A stretch of 63,862 nucleotides of DNA, counting the filler, from Craspedostauros australis (taxonomy: Eukaryota): NCBI GenBank assembly GCA_030167865.1. It is 12 parts of 12 records of this genome, joined end to end, with 100 filler letters (N's around TTAATTAATTAA, not from the genome) between each part and the next. Parts side by side here need not be neighbours in the genome. Positions count along the whole stretch, not along the records: positions 1 to 16,582 come from JALAGF010001872.1; positions 16,683 to 21,652 come from JALAGF010001877.1; 10 more parts are not named here. The stretch is one strand, 5' to 3'. The notes beneath the pieces were generated by a model. It did no database searches. It saw nothing but the letters and a program-made list of their open reading frames with translations, and was not told where the DNA came from. Shown here in pieces: positions 12,501 through 21,752 of the stretch (the stretch's first letter is position 1; the number at the start of each line of letters is the position of its first letter). The translations under genes and the position numbers were made by a program.

Positions 12501-15500
12501 GGAAGTCCAAGTCGCTGCATTACACGCCCCATACGTTCTCGCTGATCACCATCGTCGGTAACCGATTCACGGGCAAGTCGCAGAAGGACGCCGTCGAAGT
12601 TAATGAAAACAAATGGTACAGCGGCGAGGGCAATGACATCCAGTTCAAATCCATCGACTTCGAAGCTGCGACCGAAGGCGAGTATTGGCTCATCTTCCGC
12701 GGATTCCTTCTGCTGCACCGTGATGCCGCAGTTGGCCGCTTTGCGGCGCAGAGGCGTGCCGGTATCGGAGGCGGCATGGCCAGGACGCGCGACCCAAGCA
12801 CCACCAACGGCAACGACGAAGTCGAGAACATGCTGCACCGCAACGAATTCCAAGAGCCGGCCACCGTCGGTTGCTTGGAACGGATGGTGGTGAGATGGAG
12901 ATCGTTGGATACAACGTACATGGTCGGATCGATGAAGAAGGGGTCCAAGCCTCCGCCCTCGGACTACTTCCTGGGATTCTCCTCCCCCGGCACGCAGATC
13001 TGGAGCCGCCTGCGTCTTGCCGGGTTGGAAACGCAACGCATTTATGCTGTCAGCAACAACCGCGTGATGATCAAGCTGAGCTGTCCTGAGGATAGGCTGA
13101 TCGATGTTGCGGAAGTTCTGCGGGTGAAGCTGAAGACGCATGACGGACAGTACGCTCCCTTCCGTGAGGACACGGTTGACATCTTCAAGCCGCGGTACGA
13201 CGCGCTGGACTGTCCCTCCGAGTTCCTGGGCAAGCCAGCCTCGCTGTTGCGATCGAAGGACCGGCAGATGATCATCGACTTCATCGTTGGCTCACGCATC
13301 CGAGATTCCGGCGCAGAACTGGGGGCAACGACTGATGTGGGCAAGATGATCGAGGCTCGTGTGCCGCTGCATATACATTCCAAGCTGGAGCCGCTGTACC
13401 AGACCTGGGTGTTCTTCTGGTGCCGAAGTCACTGGACGGGCAGAGACGGACGCGGCCTCTCCGTCGAGCAGGACATGGATGATGGGATGGATGACACCGT
13501 GACGTTGCTGGACAAGAAATTCGACACTGTCAACGATGCACACTTGCACGACCAAGGCAACCAGCACGGCAACAACCAAGGCGCCAAGCAGGGCAGTCAG
13601 CGCATTCGGCAAGACAATCAGCAGCACTACCATCACAATCACCACCAGACAGGTCAGAACCAGAATCCAAACCATCACAGCGCATCAATTGAGAGACGTC
13701 CGCCAAACTTCTTCAAACGTCTCTTCGTCGGCGCGTTCTATCAGCCTCTGGACTCCATCGAGGATTACTTCGGCGAGCAGGTGTCATTCTACTTCGCGTG
13801 GTTGCAGCACGTCGCAGCACACCTCGTCATTCTCAGCGTGTTCGGATTCATCGTCATCACAATCCAAATCCTGTCCAACAACATGGACCATCCCATCCGG
13901 CCGATATTCTCCATCATCGTCATGCTTTGGACGTTCGTTGTGCTGGTGACCTGGCAGCAACGTTCCAACTTTCTCGCCTACAGGTGGGGAACGATCGATC
14001 ACAAGGTGCAGGAAACCACGAGGCCCGAATTCCACGGAACGTACGTGCAGGACGATGTGACGAAGGAGTGGGTGGTGAAGTACCCCAACTGGAAGCGCTG
14101 GATCAAGTACGCCATCAGCCTGCCCGTCAGCCTTTTGTTTGCCGCATTCGCCATGCTGCTCATCATGATGGTGCACGCCAACCGCGATCTGCAGCTTGCC
14201 AACTACATTGCGCAACTGAATTCGGCCAACTCCACCGAGCCGTACAAGGTGACCTTTTCGACGGATGCCATCCTGACGCCGTTGCGGGCGGAGAAGGTGG
14301 AGCTGACGAGAGACATGATGCTAGATGGCACTATATGGTTGCTGATGGGGGCGCTCCCAGTCGCCCTCGGTCTGTGCATCCCTATCCTCAACCTCATCCT
14401 CATGAACGTGTCCGTCATGCTCAACAACTTCGAGAACTACCGCACCGAGTCTGAATACAGAGCAGCGCTGATCATCAAGGTGTTTACCTTCCGATTCGTG
14501 AGTCAGTTCGGAACGGTGTACTACTACGCGTACCTGTCCATCGGCAGCGACGAGAGCATCCGGAACGGAATCGTGCGAATGGGAACGAGTCTTCTGATCT
14601 ACACCACGGTGTCTCATTGGTTCCAGATCCTTCTGCAGGTGTACTTCTTCATGTTGGTCCGTCAGATTCGGAGATTCCTCTACAATCGCATGCTCCGGAG
14701 GGCCCTCAGGCAGATCGAGTGCGCGGAAGATGCATCGGAGGATCTCGAGACCGAGGAGGCGAAGAAGCGACGTGAAATCGAGCTCATCAACAAGCGGATC
14801 CTGCTGGATCAGGCACAGGACGACATTTGGTTCGAGGTCATGAACCCTCCGCATACGAGCTTTCCCGAGTACATGACCGCCGTGGTCCAGTTCTCCTTCG
14901 TGGCATGCTTCAGCGTCGTGATGCCGCTGATCCCATTCTTCTGCCTGGTGAACTGCCTGCTCAGCATGCGGTTCGATGCCTACAAGATCTGCAAGGTGCG
15001 ACGCCGACCACTGGCGCAGCAAACTGGTGGCATGGGCGTCTGGGAGCACCTCCTGCACATCGTCGCCGTCATTGCAATCCTGACCAACTGCTGGTTGATG
15101 GGCTTTACCAACTCCAACTTTGCCTGGCTGGCCAAGCAGATTGGCCCTGCCGGGTTGTTTGGAGTTGTGGTGGCGTGGGAACACGTCATGCTCCTCATCA
15201 AGTACGTTATGCAGACGACCATCTCGGCTTTCCCGAAGTCGGTGCGGGACGACATGCGCCGTGAGCAGCACAGGGCAGAGCGTGAGCGCAACTATACCCT
15301 GATGGCGAGGAATCGCAAGCGCCGTCCGAAGATTCGCAAGACGGGATCGCAATTGTGGCTGCCAGGCGGCAGCGGAACCTTCGAGGAGGGTAGCTACGGT
15401 CAAAACAGCCATGGCAATGGTCATAGTGATGGTCGTGTGTATGCCAACGGCAGCGGCAGCGGCAATATGCACGTCAATGCTCGTGGCAACATTCACGTTA

Positions 15501-15757
15501 CCAACGCAGACAGGATCTATGACCACGATCGCACTTTGAATCGCAACATCCAGGGGCAGGGCCACAGTACTTCCGCTGCTGTTGCTGCTCCTGCTGCTCC
15601 TGTTGTTGTTGAAGAAAGTGGCAGCAACAACAGAAACAGCCACTCGGTTCATCGGAGCGGGTTGAACAACCAAGGAGGAGCATTCCCACGATCAGAGGGC
15701 CTGCTCCAAACGATCCATTCTTCCGAAGAAGATGCCAGCGGTCTCTACCACGCGTGA
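9575..15757 (+). CDS. Anoctamin/TMEM16-family membrane protein with long disordered N-terminus and split PH-like domain (2060 aa, intronless ORF)
   Basis: QPLDSIEDYFGEQVSFYFAWL, WQQRSNFLAYRWG, RPEFHG, LNNFENYRTESEY..LIIKVF, RFDAYK, RRP..QQTGGMGVW, WEHVMLLIK are anoctamin hallmarks; multiple hydrophobic segments in the C-terminal part. Confidence 0.93.
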   Translation: MMRLSRKKKHQHHGDGDGDGDGHNGDDGAADRGGFVGPHGRNAIPSTPNQRRNALPTNPSTTNLGPSRSPMFQHEANIDLGDESLVGFADAASGFGSMSNVNSHGYSESESEFEDSTAFGGRRSTQHRSSLRSSGRDAVHAAGRSSLHSDVSRTKDLAQGNPITPMATMEAVPLTPEGKEVPRHADLKPADLARNRHHHNHHHATHQAQRQVGHQAGHHDEEGLANSNGNGNGNGNGNGNSYKRGGNAADKGIAQFNNGGYAVDDIDDIDAADADHSQDSSVPSFIPSHYGVTRTPQTKRVGRMQVQSPADSSQFSDSANSNPTVTSSRSGTKSYMSYRSSTSLSILHGEVIGGPGAITPARHHAQRQQARANAYSMNTDESSALPLEGMEIGGRFSSASRTKQQQQQLQLQPQQHRHHEQYEHKHASSQISIQSGADHGIGHDDKTGGSTQGLSAVFQQGNFMRHIKNKSAYISRTTRQHLSQVFGSLGSTNARRLGNTYVPPPPSPGAGMVNDLKTLRARHQEKLGPWQNDPERNFERQQYYDFCIILTPQESYRYWSELLDFRVEHLGEDGDGDISKTMSLQNICSLETCSTRSSDDSEASYGKYIQSQHLQMQNETTALQSPMKSPDYATPNTGIHRRRGGGSDRKNRTPKSPIFMDLETPPPPHSSSRRVSTSTFTRNPKRLSMFEKAVVSPVDGDALNNSGLPINTPGENFRKSMGPRPSMSSARRRWGNRTIGEAANRLSPPVHSLTRGNFTKKKLPINSTPVAKEDPLCEMESATPIQNDENRNPNELRIDEIPNHVIPRGIAARTNGMLQFLSALKRGIVVRRHRPNKTAIYCKIFSTDDGDTIQHQLIDASEAMVGFKEQRIRYNRNIGNSSDPIAIRGITKEWACLDQPDSNDTSIHKFAVPDHVAAQRYRDKIKQNNGARRLAQVSIKAANSGIVRTSDVVAVHPAQHPDPRSRRNELGSATLRKSKSLHYTPHTFSLITIVGNRFTGKSQKDAVEVNENKWYSGEGNDIQFKSIDFEAATEGEYWLIFRGFLLLHRDAAVGRFAAQRRAGIGGGMARTRDPSTTNGNDEVENMLHRNEFQEPATVGCLERMVVRWRSLDTTYMVGSMKKGSKPPPSDYFLGFSSPGTQIWSRLRLAGLETQRIYAVSNNRVMIKLSCPEDRLIDVAEVLRVKLKTHDGQYAPFREDTVDIFKPRYDALDCPSEFLGKPASLLRSKDRQMIIDFIVGSRIRDSGAELGATTDVGKMIEARVPLHIHSKLEPLYQTWVFFWCRSHWTGRDGRGLSVEQDMDDGMDDTVTLLDKKFDTVNDAHLHDQGNQHGNNQGAKQGSQRIRQDNQQHYHHNHHQTGQNQNPNHHSASIERRPPNFFKRLFVGAFYQPLDSIEDYFGEQVSFYFAWLQHVAAHLVILSVFGFIVITIQILSNNMDHPIRPIFSIIVMLWTFVVLVTWQQRSNFLAYRWGTIDHKVQETTRPEFHGTYVQDDVTKEWVVKYPNWKRWIKYAISLPVSLLFAAFAMLLIMMVHANRDLQLANYIAQLNSANSTEPYKVTFSTDAILTPLRAEKVELTRDMMLDGTIWLLMGALPVALGLCIPILNLILMNVSVMLNNFENYRTESEYRAALIIKVFTFRFVSQFGTVYYYAYLSIGSDESIRNGIVRMGTSLLIYTTVSHWFQILLQVYFFMLVRQIRRFLYNRMLRRALRQIECAEDASEDLETEEAKKRREIELINKRILLDQAQDDIWFEVMNPPHTSFPEYMTAVVQFSFVACFSVVMPLIPFFCLVNCLLSMRFDAYKICKVRRRPLAQQTGGMGVWEHLLHIVAVIAILTNCWLMGFTNSNFAWLAKQIGPAGLFGVVVAWEHVMLLIKYVMQTTISAFPKSVRDDMRREQHRAERERNYTLMARNRKRRPKIRKTGSQLWLPGGSGTFEEGSYGQNSHGNGHSDGRVYANGSGSGNMHVNARGNIHVTNADRIYDHDRTLNRNIQGQGHSTSAAVAAPAAPVVVEESGSNNRNSHSVHRSGLNNQGGAFPRSEGLLQTIHSSEEDASGLYHA

Positions 15758-16126
15758 AGTCACGCACATGTAGGTATAGAGTATCACAATGAATGAGTGA
15801 ATGAACCTGAACATAAACATGAGTAGAGAATGTAGGTACGATTATACCATCAATCCCTGATTACTCGTGTTGCGATACAAGCGGCTCGTGCGTATGGCAA
15901 CAGTGTTGTGTGGGAAAGAAATGTGGCGTGTCTGTGCACGATCGTGTGCGTGTTGTGCATTTGTGTCATGGATGAAGATGAAAAGAATCGACTGGGTCGA
16001 TCTATTAGTACATCCTTCATCTCCGTTCAGAAAGGATCAAACAAATCCGTGCCGTTTTATTACAGATATACTCTAACTTACCGCAACTTTTAAACCATAG
16101 TTAGCAAGTCCCACATGTAGAGTCGC

Positions 16127-16582
16127 TGTTGATCAATCACGGAGAGTTGTGCAAAACAACGGTTTTGCGTGACCGATTCGTGATTGGATGGTATCTTTGG
16201 TTTCAAAAAATGTGTGGTTGGTCTTCGCGTTGTTTGAAGTTGCTCGCACCCTTGTGTTTGATTGTTCTGTTTGCGTCTCTGGGAGTTGTCGGAAAAGGAG
16301 AAAAGCTTACTTTTTATGTCGGAATTGGCAAGACTAAGTACTTGATTAGACATAAATATGTGGTTTGCACCCATCATGGTACTTTGTTTGTTCCTACTAC
16401 TATTGAGTACTTAGTTAGTTCTCTCCTTTGTGTTTCTGTTTCTGTTGTTTTCGTTGTTTTTTGGTGTTTGTTTTGGTTTTGTTCGTACTGTTGTCGTTAT
16501 TCTGTGTGATCTACTCTGGGGAGTAGTGCTCTCTGTCTGTGATTTCTGTGTGCTTTGCTGCTTCTCGTGTGATGTTTCTGGT
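16127..16582 (-). mobile_element. Probable partial LTR of another LTR-retrotransposon family, cut by the contig end
   Basis: On the minus strand an A/C-rich tract like the U3 of the CoDi LTR ends in ...gtgattgatCAACA (plus TGTTG at 16127) at an abrupt composition change; caatcacg/cgtgattg can form a stem; the contig ends inside it. Confidence 0.5.
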
Positions 16583-16682
16583 NNNNNNNNNNNNNNNNNN
16601 NNNNNNNNNNNNNNNNNNNNNNNNNNTTAATTAATTAANNNNNNNNNNNNNNNNNNNNNNNNNNNNNNNNNNNNNNNNNNNN
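16583..16682. other. Artificial contig linker N44-TTAATTAATTAA-N44 (also 21653-21752, 26723-26822, 31362-31461, 36427-36526, 45714-45813, 47937-48036, 49278-49377, 50534-50633, 52225-52324, 53642-53741; plain N gaps 18790-18867, 63711-63730)
   Basis: Identical 100-bp construct with stops in all six frames, repeated 11 times; ORFs and repeats end abruptly at each. Confidence 0.97.
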
Positions 16683-19600
16683 TCCGAAACCACAGGTAGA
16701 CCGGGAATGTAGGTGTCTTCCCCAACACACTCCTTTGATCCCACCAAGGCTTCCTTGTATGACTTGACCTTGGTGGTATCACCAGCATGGTGGTTGAGGA
16801 TGATATCCCGGAACATTCTGAATTTGGTCCCTTGCAATGGCTTTGTGAAGAAATCTCCGAGCATGTCATCAGTGGGACAGTACTCGACGGTGATGTCTCC
16901 TTTTTCAATTCGGTCTGTGGCAAAGAAAAACCGCATGCTGATGTGACGAGTTCGTTTGCTGCTTGAACCCCGACCATTTTGTTCCAGGAGCATTGCGCTC
17001 TGGTTGTCCTGATAGATGGTCGTGGGACCAAGGTCGACACCTTGCTCCTGTAGGAAATAGCGTGCCCATAACACCTGCGGCATGACGTCGTCGACTGCCA
17101 CAAGTTCGGCTTCTGTGGAGCTCCTGGTGTTCAGTTTTTGTTTGGATGATGTGGCGTATATCACACCTCCTCCTGCGGACAGACATGCTCCTGTGTGGCT
17201 GCGCATGTTGTCATGGACACCGAATGATCCGTCAACCCACCATCTGATGTCCTTGAGCGCCGACCCACCGAGCGCAAGTGTTAGGTTGCGTGTTCCGCGT
17301 AGGTATTTGACAACACGGGCGAGTTTCTTGTAGTCGTCAGTGTCAGGGGATTTGACCCTAGTACATAGAAAAGACACTGCGGTTTGGATGTCTGGTCTCG
17401 CTCGCTTGCAGAGGAATAGCAGTTTTGCGACGTTGTGATGAAACATGTCGGCAGTGTCACTGTCTAGCTTGGTCGGATTGTCCTCATTGATGTTGAATAA
17501 GTGATTCGCAGCTGGAGTTGCTGCTATGCCCGACATGTCCCCAGGCACTCCTTCAATGATGCCATCGATGTATTCGGCCATGTCGATGATGATTTTGTTT
17601 GGCGTAGAGTAGTCGAGTCGCATCCCCAAGTATTCGTGTACCTTGCCTCGAGTGACTGTTAGCGGTGTTCTCTGTCCATATGCTTTGTTCAACATACCGA
17701 TGACATCACTCACGACATGCTCATCCACATGTGATATTTTCAGATCGTCCACATGCCATACCACTGTGCACTGTTTACCGTTCACAACCTTGTTCGCGAT
17801 GCACCAGTCATATGGGTTAATAGTGAACCCGTCCTCCTCCAGCGTTGTGGTGAGGTGTTTCCACCAGCATAGAGCTGCCTTGAGTGTACCGTAGAGTGCC
17901 CTTGTGAGCTTGACGTATATAGCCGATTGTCCACGTTTCTTGTGGATGTACTCATCATACACGTCTGGGGCGATTTTCCCCAGGATTTCAGCCATTCTTC
18001 CCTCGATGAGAACGTGCACAACATCGTCATCGTCGAATTTTGCGTGCAGAAATGCGCCTGGCACATCAACGGTTGCGACATCACGATTTTCTTGTGCATC
18101 AATAACACAAGTGAACATGAGTCCCAACAGTGATACTGTGGGCGAGCTCGTCTCATCTTTTGTCATGTATAGACGCTGCTTGCGCCCATCAGCACATCCA
18201 CGACCCTTGATAATCCCACTCCTTTTCTCTTTCAAATACATGAGATATCGCAGTGCCTTCCTTCGCTCGTCATGAGTGAGCTGATGCCAGTGCTTGGGCT
18301 CGAAGCCCTCCATATCATGGACCTGTTGGAGTTCTCTGCTGATTGCTTCTTCGCCTCGCTCATGGAATTGTTTCAGTCCTTGTTTCCAGTTCATCTGCTC
18401 TGTAACAAAAGTGCATGCCGATGTCTCATTTTCCGGTATTCCGTTGTTCGGTGCACCCAACTGTATCATCGTGGCGTGTGCTCCATCCCGTCCTGTATGG
18501 TGTAGCTTGTAGTAGTCCACTCGTGGACCGCGTCTTGTACGCATGCGATTGTTGTCTGTGTTGGAGTGTTGTTCTTCTGTTGGAGTGTTGTCTCGGTTCC
18601 CGCGTTCATTTCCGACGATTGGGGTTGGGGTGATGAGTGTGTTGTTATCGCGTGAGTCGGCGGCGATATCGATATCGTCATCTTCTTCGTCGGCGATCAC
18701 ATCGCAATTATGATCGGTTGTTTCGCTGGAGACACTGTCATCTGTCTTGCTTCCACCATCGTCATAGTCGTCGCCGTCATGGTTGCTGCNNNNNNNNNNN
18801 NNNNNNNNNNNNNNNNNNNNNNNNNNNNNNNNNNNNNNNNNNNNNNNNNNNNNNNNNNNNNNNNNNCTGGTATCATCCATCTCGTCATCCAGTGATTCGT
18901 CGCTTGCACTTGATGCATTGTCTTCGTCTTCATTGTGGCCTGCATCGTTGCTGCCGGTGTCGGGGTATAGTTCGATACCATGACTGGTGGTAAAATGGAG
19001 GTTCTTCTCGGATTTGGCTGCCTTGGCCAGTGCATGTACGTGGTCTATCACTGATTGTGGCATGGGGATCTCTGTCCAGCTGCGGCGATGAATGCAGCGT
19101 CCGGTAGTCAGGCTGTAGAAGACGTAGCCACCTTGGATGTTGCCGGATGGTCGCAGAGCGATTGCTCCAACGGTGCGTGGTTGCATGGAGTTATCGTGCT
19201 GTTCATGTGTTTGCGCGTAGCTGCCGAATTCGATTCTGCAGTGCGCGTTGTAATCGAGCTTTCTCCCGACCACAATTTCTGCTGGGCTCATGCGCTTTGA
19301 TACGCCATCAGGATGTGGGAACATATTCATCCAGTAGACTGAATGATACACCATTTCAATGATGAGCGATGGTGGGTACGCCTTGAATGGTAGAGCATGG
19401 TATGTAGATCGAGTGCGCTCCTTGATTGTTCGAATATAGCGCTCGACTTCCGGCACGTGTTCATCACGAGAGGTCACGTTGATGCTCACACCAACCTCAG
19501 ACATGTCACCACGGAGCGAGCTGAACTGGTTGTCAGTCAGCATGATACCAACCCTGAACCCTCGTTGCTTGTACAGCTGGATGATGTTCCTGAACTGCTT

Positions 19601-21535
19601 CACGAGCGTTGCATTCGACTCGGAGTTGAGCTTGACGACGGTTCCGAACTTGAGGTGTTTGGATACGGACACCAGAAATGGAATACCGTTCACCTTCATG
19701 ATATCCGCAGAGAGCACGACGTCACGATATTGCTGCATGATACTGGCTGGCAAATGTGCGATCTTTGCTCGGACGGCCGGGGGTACCTGCCTTGTTGTCT
19801 TTCCTTTGAGTGATGGTACATCCGGACCGAAGATGAGCTCGGCAGTGCGAATGTCCTTGGTTGTGATGGGACAGTTCGGTATCATCCCATTCTTCACGTA
19901 CTTGATGTAGTTGCGCGTGGTTGGATGTCCAATGCGCTTCTGAATAGATCTAGCAAGTTGGGCCTGCGAGTAGTCGTAAGTGGAGAAGCTATTTTTGTTA
20001 TCTTCCACTGTAGTCACGAGAGCTACTTCGCTGGGGCTTGCCATGTTCAGGTAGTACAGTCCGCGTTGGGACTCGACGAAGGTCCGGGTTGATCCATCCG
20101 GCTTGTGTACCACAAAGCTGTTGGTACCACTGCTGTCATATGTGACGCGGAACATGGATTTCACGCGGCTGAGTGAGAGGATGTTGGCCACGCCGGATGG
20201 GTGGTACCACACTGCGCCATATCCAGGGAGTGTACCCTTCTTGTTGGTGGTGGTGGTGCCAGCGTTGCAATGGATGGTCAGGGCGGTGTCAACATCATGG
20301 ATGTCGCGGATGAGTTGTGCGTTGGAGAAGACGTCGACCGTGGATTGATTGTCCAGCAGAATCCAAGTGTTGGGAATAGGGCTGTGCTTGTTGTGATTGT
20401 GGTGGTTGGTGAGGAAAACGAACTCATCTTCATCATCCCCCACAGTCGTCGCATGGACGAGGACAGTTCCATTTGCATGGTATTTGGCATGACACTGGTC
20501 GGTTGTGTGGTTGCTGCGACCGCATCGCTCACACTTGGTGTCGTTTTCGTGTGTGTTCACGAATGCCATGCCTGAATCCTTTGGAGTGTTGTGACTTGGA
20601 AGATTCCTTGGATCCTTCGACCAGTGGTTCAGCATTGTGAACGCCTCCGCCATGGTCTTGGGGTATCGATCATCACCTTTGAGGTAGTCGTTCTGTAGTT
20701 CTTCGATGAGGGATCCGTACCGGTGGCGATCTGCGCCGAGGATGAAAGCAACGGCAAGGAAGCGCTGCTTGGCATCCTTCCTGATCTCCTTTCGCTCTTC
20801 CTCGCTTGGGTCTTTGAGGTTACGCTCCTTGAGGACATGAAGGGCTGCGCTGGTCACCTCTGTGACATTGGTCATGAGTGTGTCGTTCACATCGACAAGA
20901 TTGATGAAGGATTCGTAGTATTCTTGTGTGGTTTGTTTTCTCTTTTGTTGGAAGGTGAGAAGGTCCTTCATGATCATGTGTGCGGCGACCAAGTGGTGTT
21001 GGTGTGTTTGGAAATTGAAAACAACACTCTTTATCATCTTGATGAGGGTGATTGTGTCCATGCTGCTGTTGGCTGCAGAGTATTCTGTCATCTCTTGTAG
21101 GCGGCTTCGCATGATCTCTGAGCACTGGCCCCAGATCAGGGCGTACACCTTTTGGAGGTCCACCTCGGCGTTGGCAAGCCGGGTGGTGTAGAGGGCATAC
21201 TTGCGCTTCCACTTTTCCTTCTGAATCTCGGTGGCGTTGCTCGGGTAGTCGGCTGGCTCGGGGATGGACGGCGGCTGGAGGTTTTCAATGGCGAGTGCGA
21301 CGGCTGGTCCGTATTCCGATCCGACGTACACCTTGACTGCATCGAGTGTGCGAGTGAATTCATCGACCTGCTTGGATCGGTTCGCTACACAGTCGAAAAC
21401 GAATCCCTTCAGGCCAGAGCATGCTCCTTCGAACTTGGCTGGACGCACGAACGGTGGTCGATGTGGCTTGTTTGTTTTGTTGTTGCTGTCCGGCGCTGAC
21501 TTTCTCGGCACAGCCGGCTTACTCTCGGTGCTCAT
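16683..21535 (-). CDS. Copia gag-pol polyprotein (~1,660 aa when completed from copy 3); first ATG MSTESK at 21535
   Basis: Gag CCHC CERCGRSNHTTDQC; protease WILLDNQSTVDVF; integrase IGHPT, SADIM, TDNQF, EHVPEVERYIRTIKER; RT KALRYLMYLKEKRSG..KGRGCADG, DVPGAFL, ALYG, WHVDDL; RNase H WWVDGSFG, TEAELVA, QDNQSA, GDFFTKPL; no internal stops. Confidence 0.95.
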
Positions 21536-21550
21536 CTTTGCTGATAGAGC

Positions 21551-21568
21551 AAAAATCAATTGTAACTA
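21551..21568 (-). promoter_or_regulatory. Primer-binding-site position TAGTTACAATTGATTTTT, complementary to LTR-internal 29058-29075 (also 26621-26638 in copy 2)
   Basis: Immediately follows the 5' LTR end CAACA; does not begin with TGG; exact reverse complement of AAAAATCAATTGTAACTA in the LTR. Confidence 0.85.
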
Positions 21569-21752
21569 TGTTGTAACAACAGCGCTCTCGCCGGTCTCTA
21601 CCCGGCTTTGAGCCGAAGGACAGTTCCAGACGATGTTACTGTGTGATTGTATNNNNNNNNNNNNNNNNNNNNNNNNNNNNNNNNNNNNNNNNNNNNTTAA
21701 TTAATTAANNNNNNNNNNNNNNNNNNNNNNNNNNNNNNNNNNNNNNNNNNNN

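Larger units (their letters stand above)
16683..21652 (-). mobile_element. Ty1/copia LTR retrotransposon, diatom CoDi type, copy 1 (partial 5' LTR 21569-21652, partial 3' LTR 16683-16727)
   Basis: Single gag-pol ORF in copia order PR-IN-RT-RH; both ends match the complete LTR at 28885-29174. Confidence 0.96.

Noticed and set aside
16627..16638. Recurrent TTAATTAATTAA as a biological motif (piggyBac site, CRISPR-like repeat)
   Set aside because: Always centred in 44+44 Ns; a six-frame-stop spacer.
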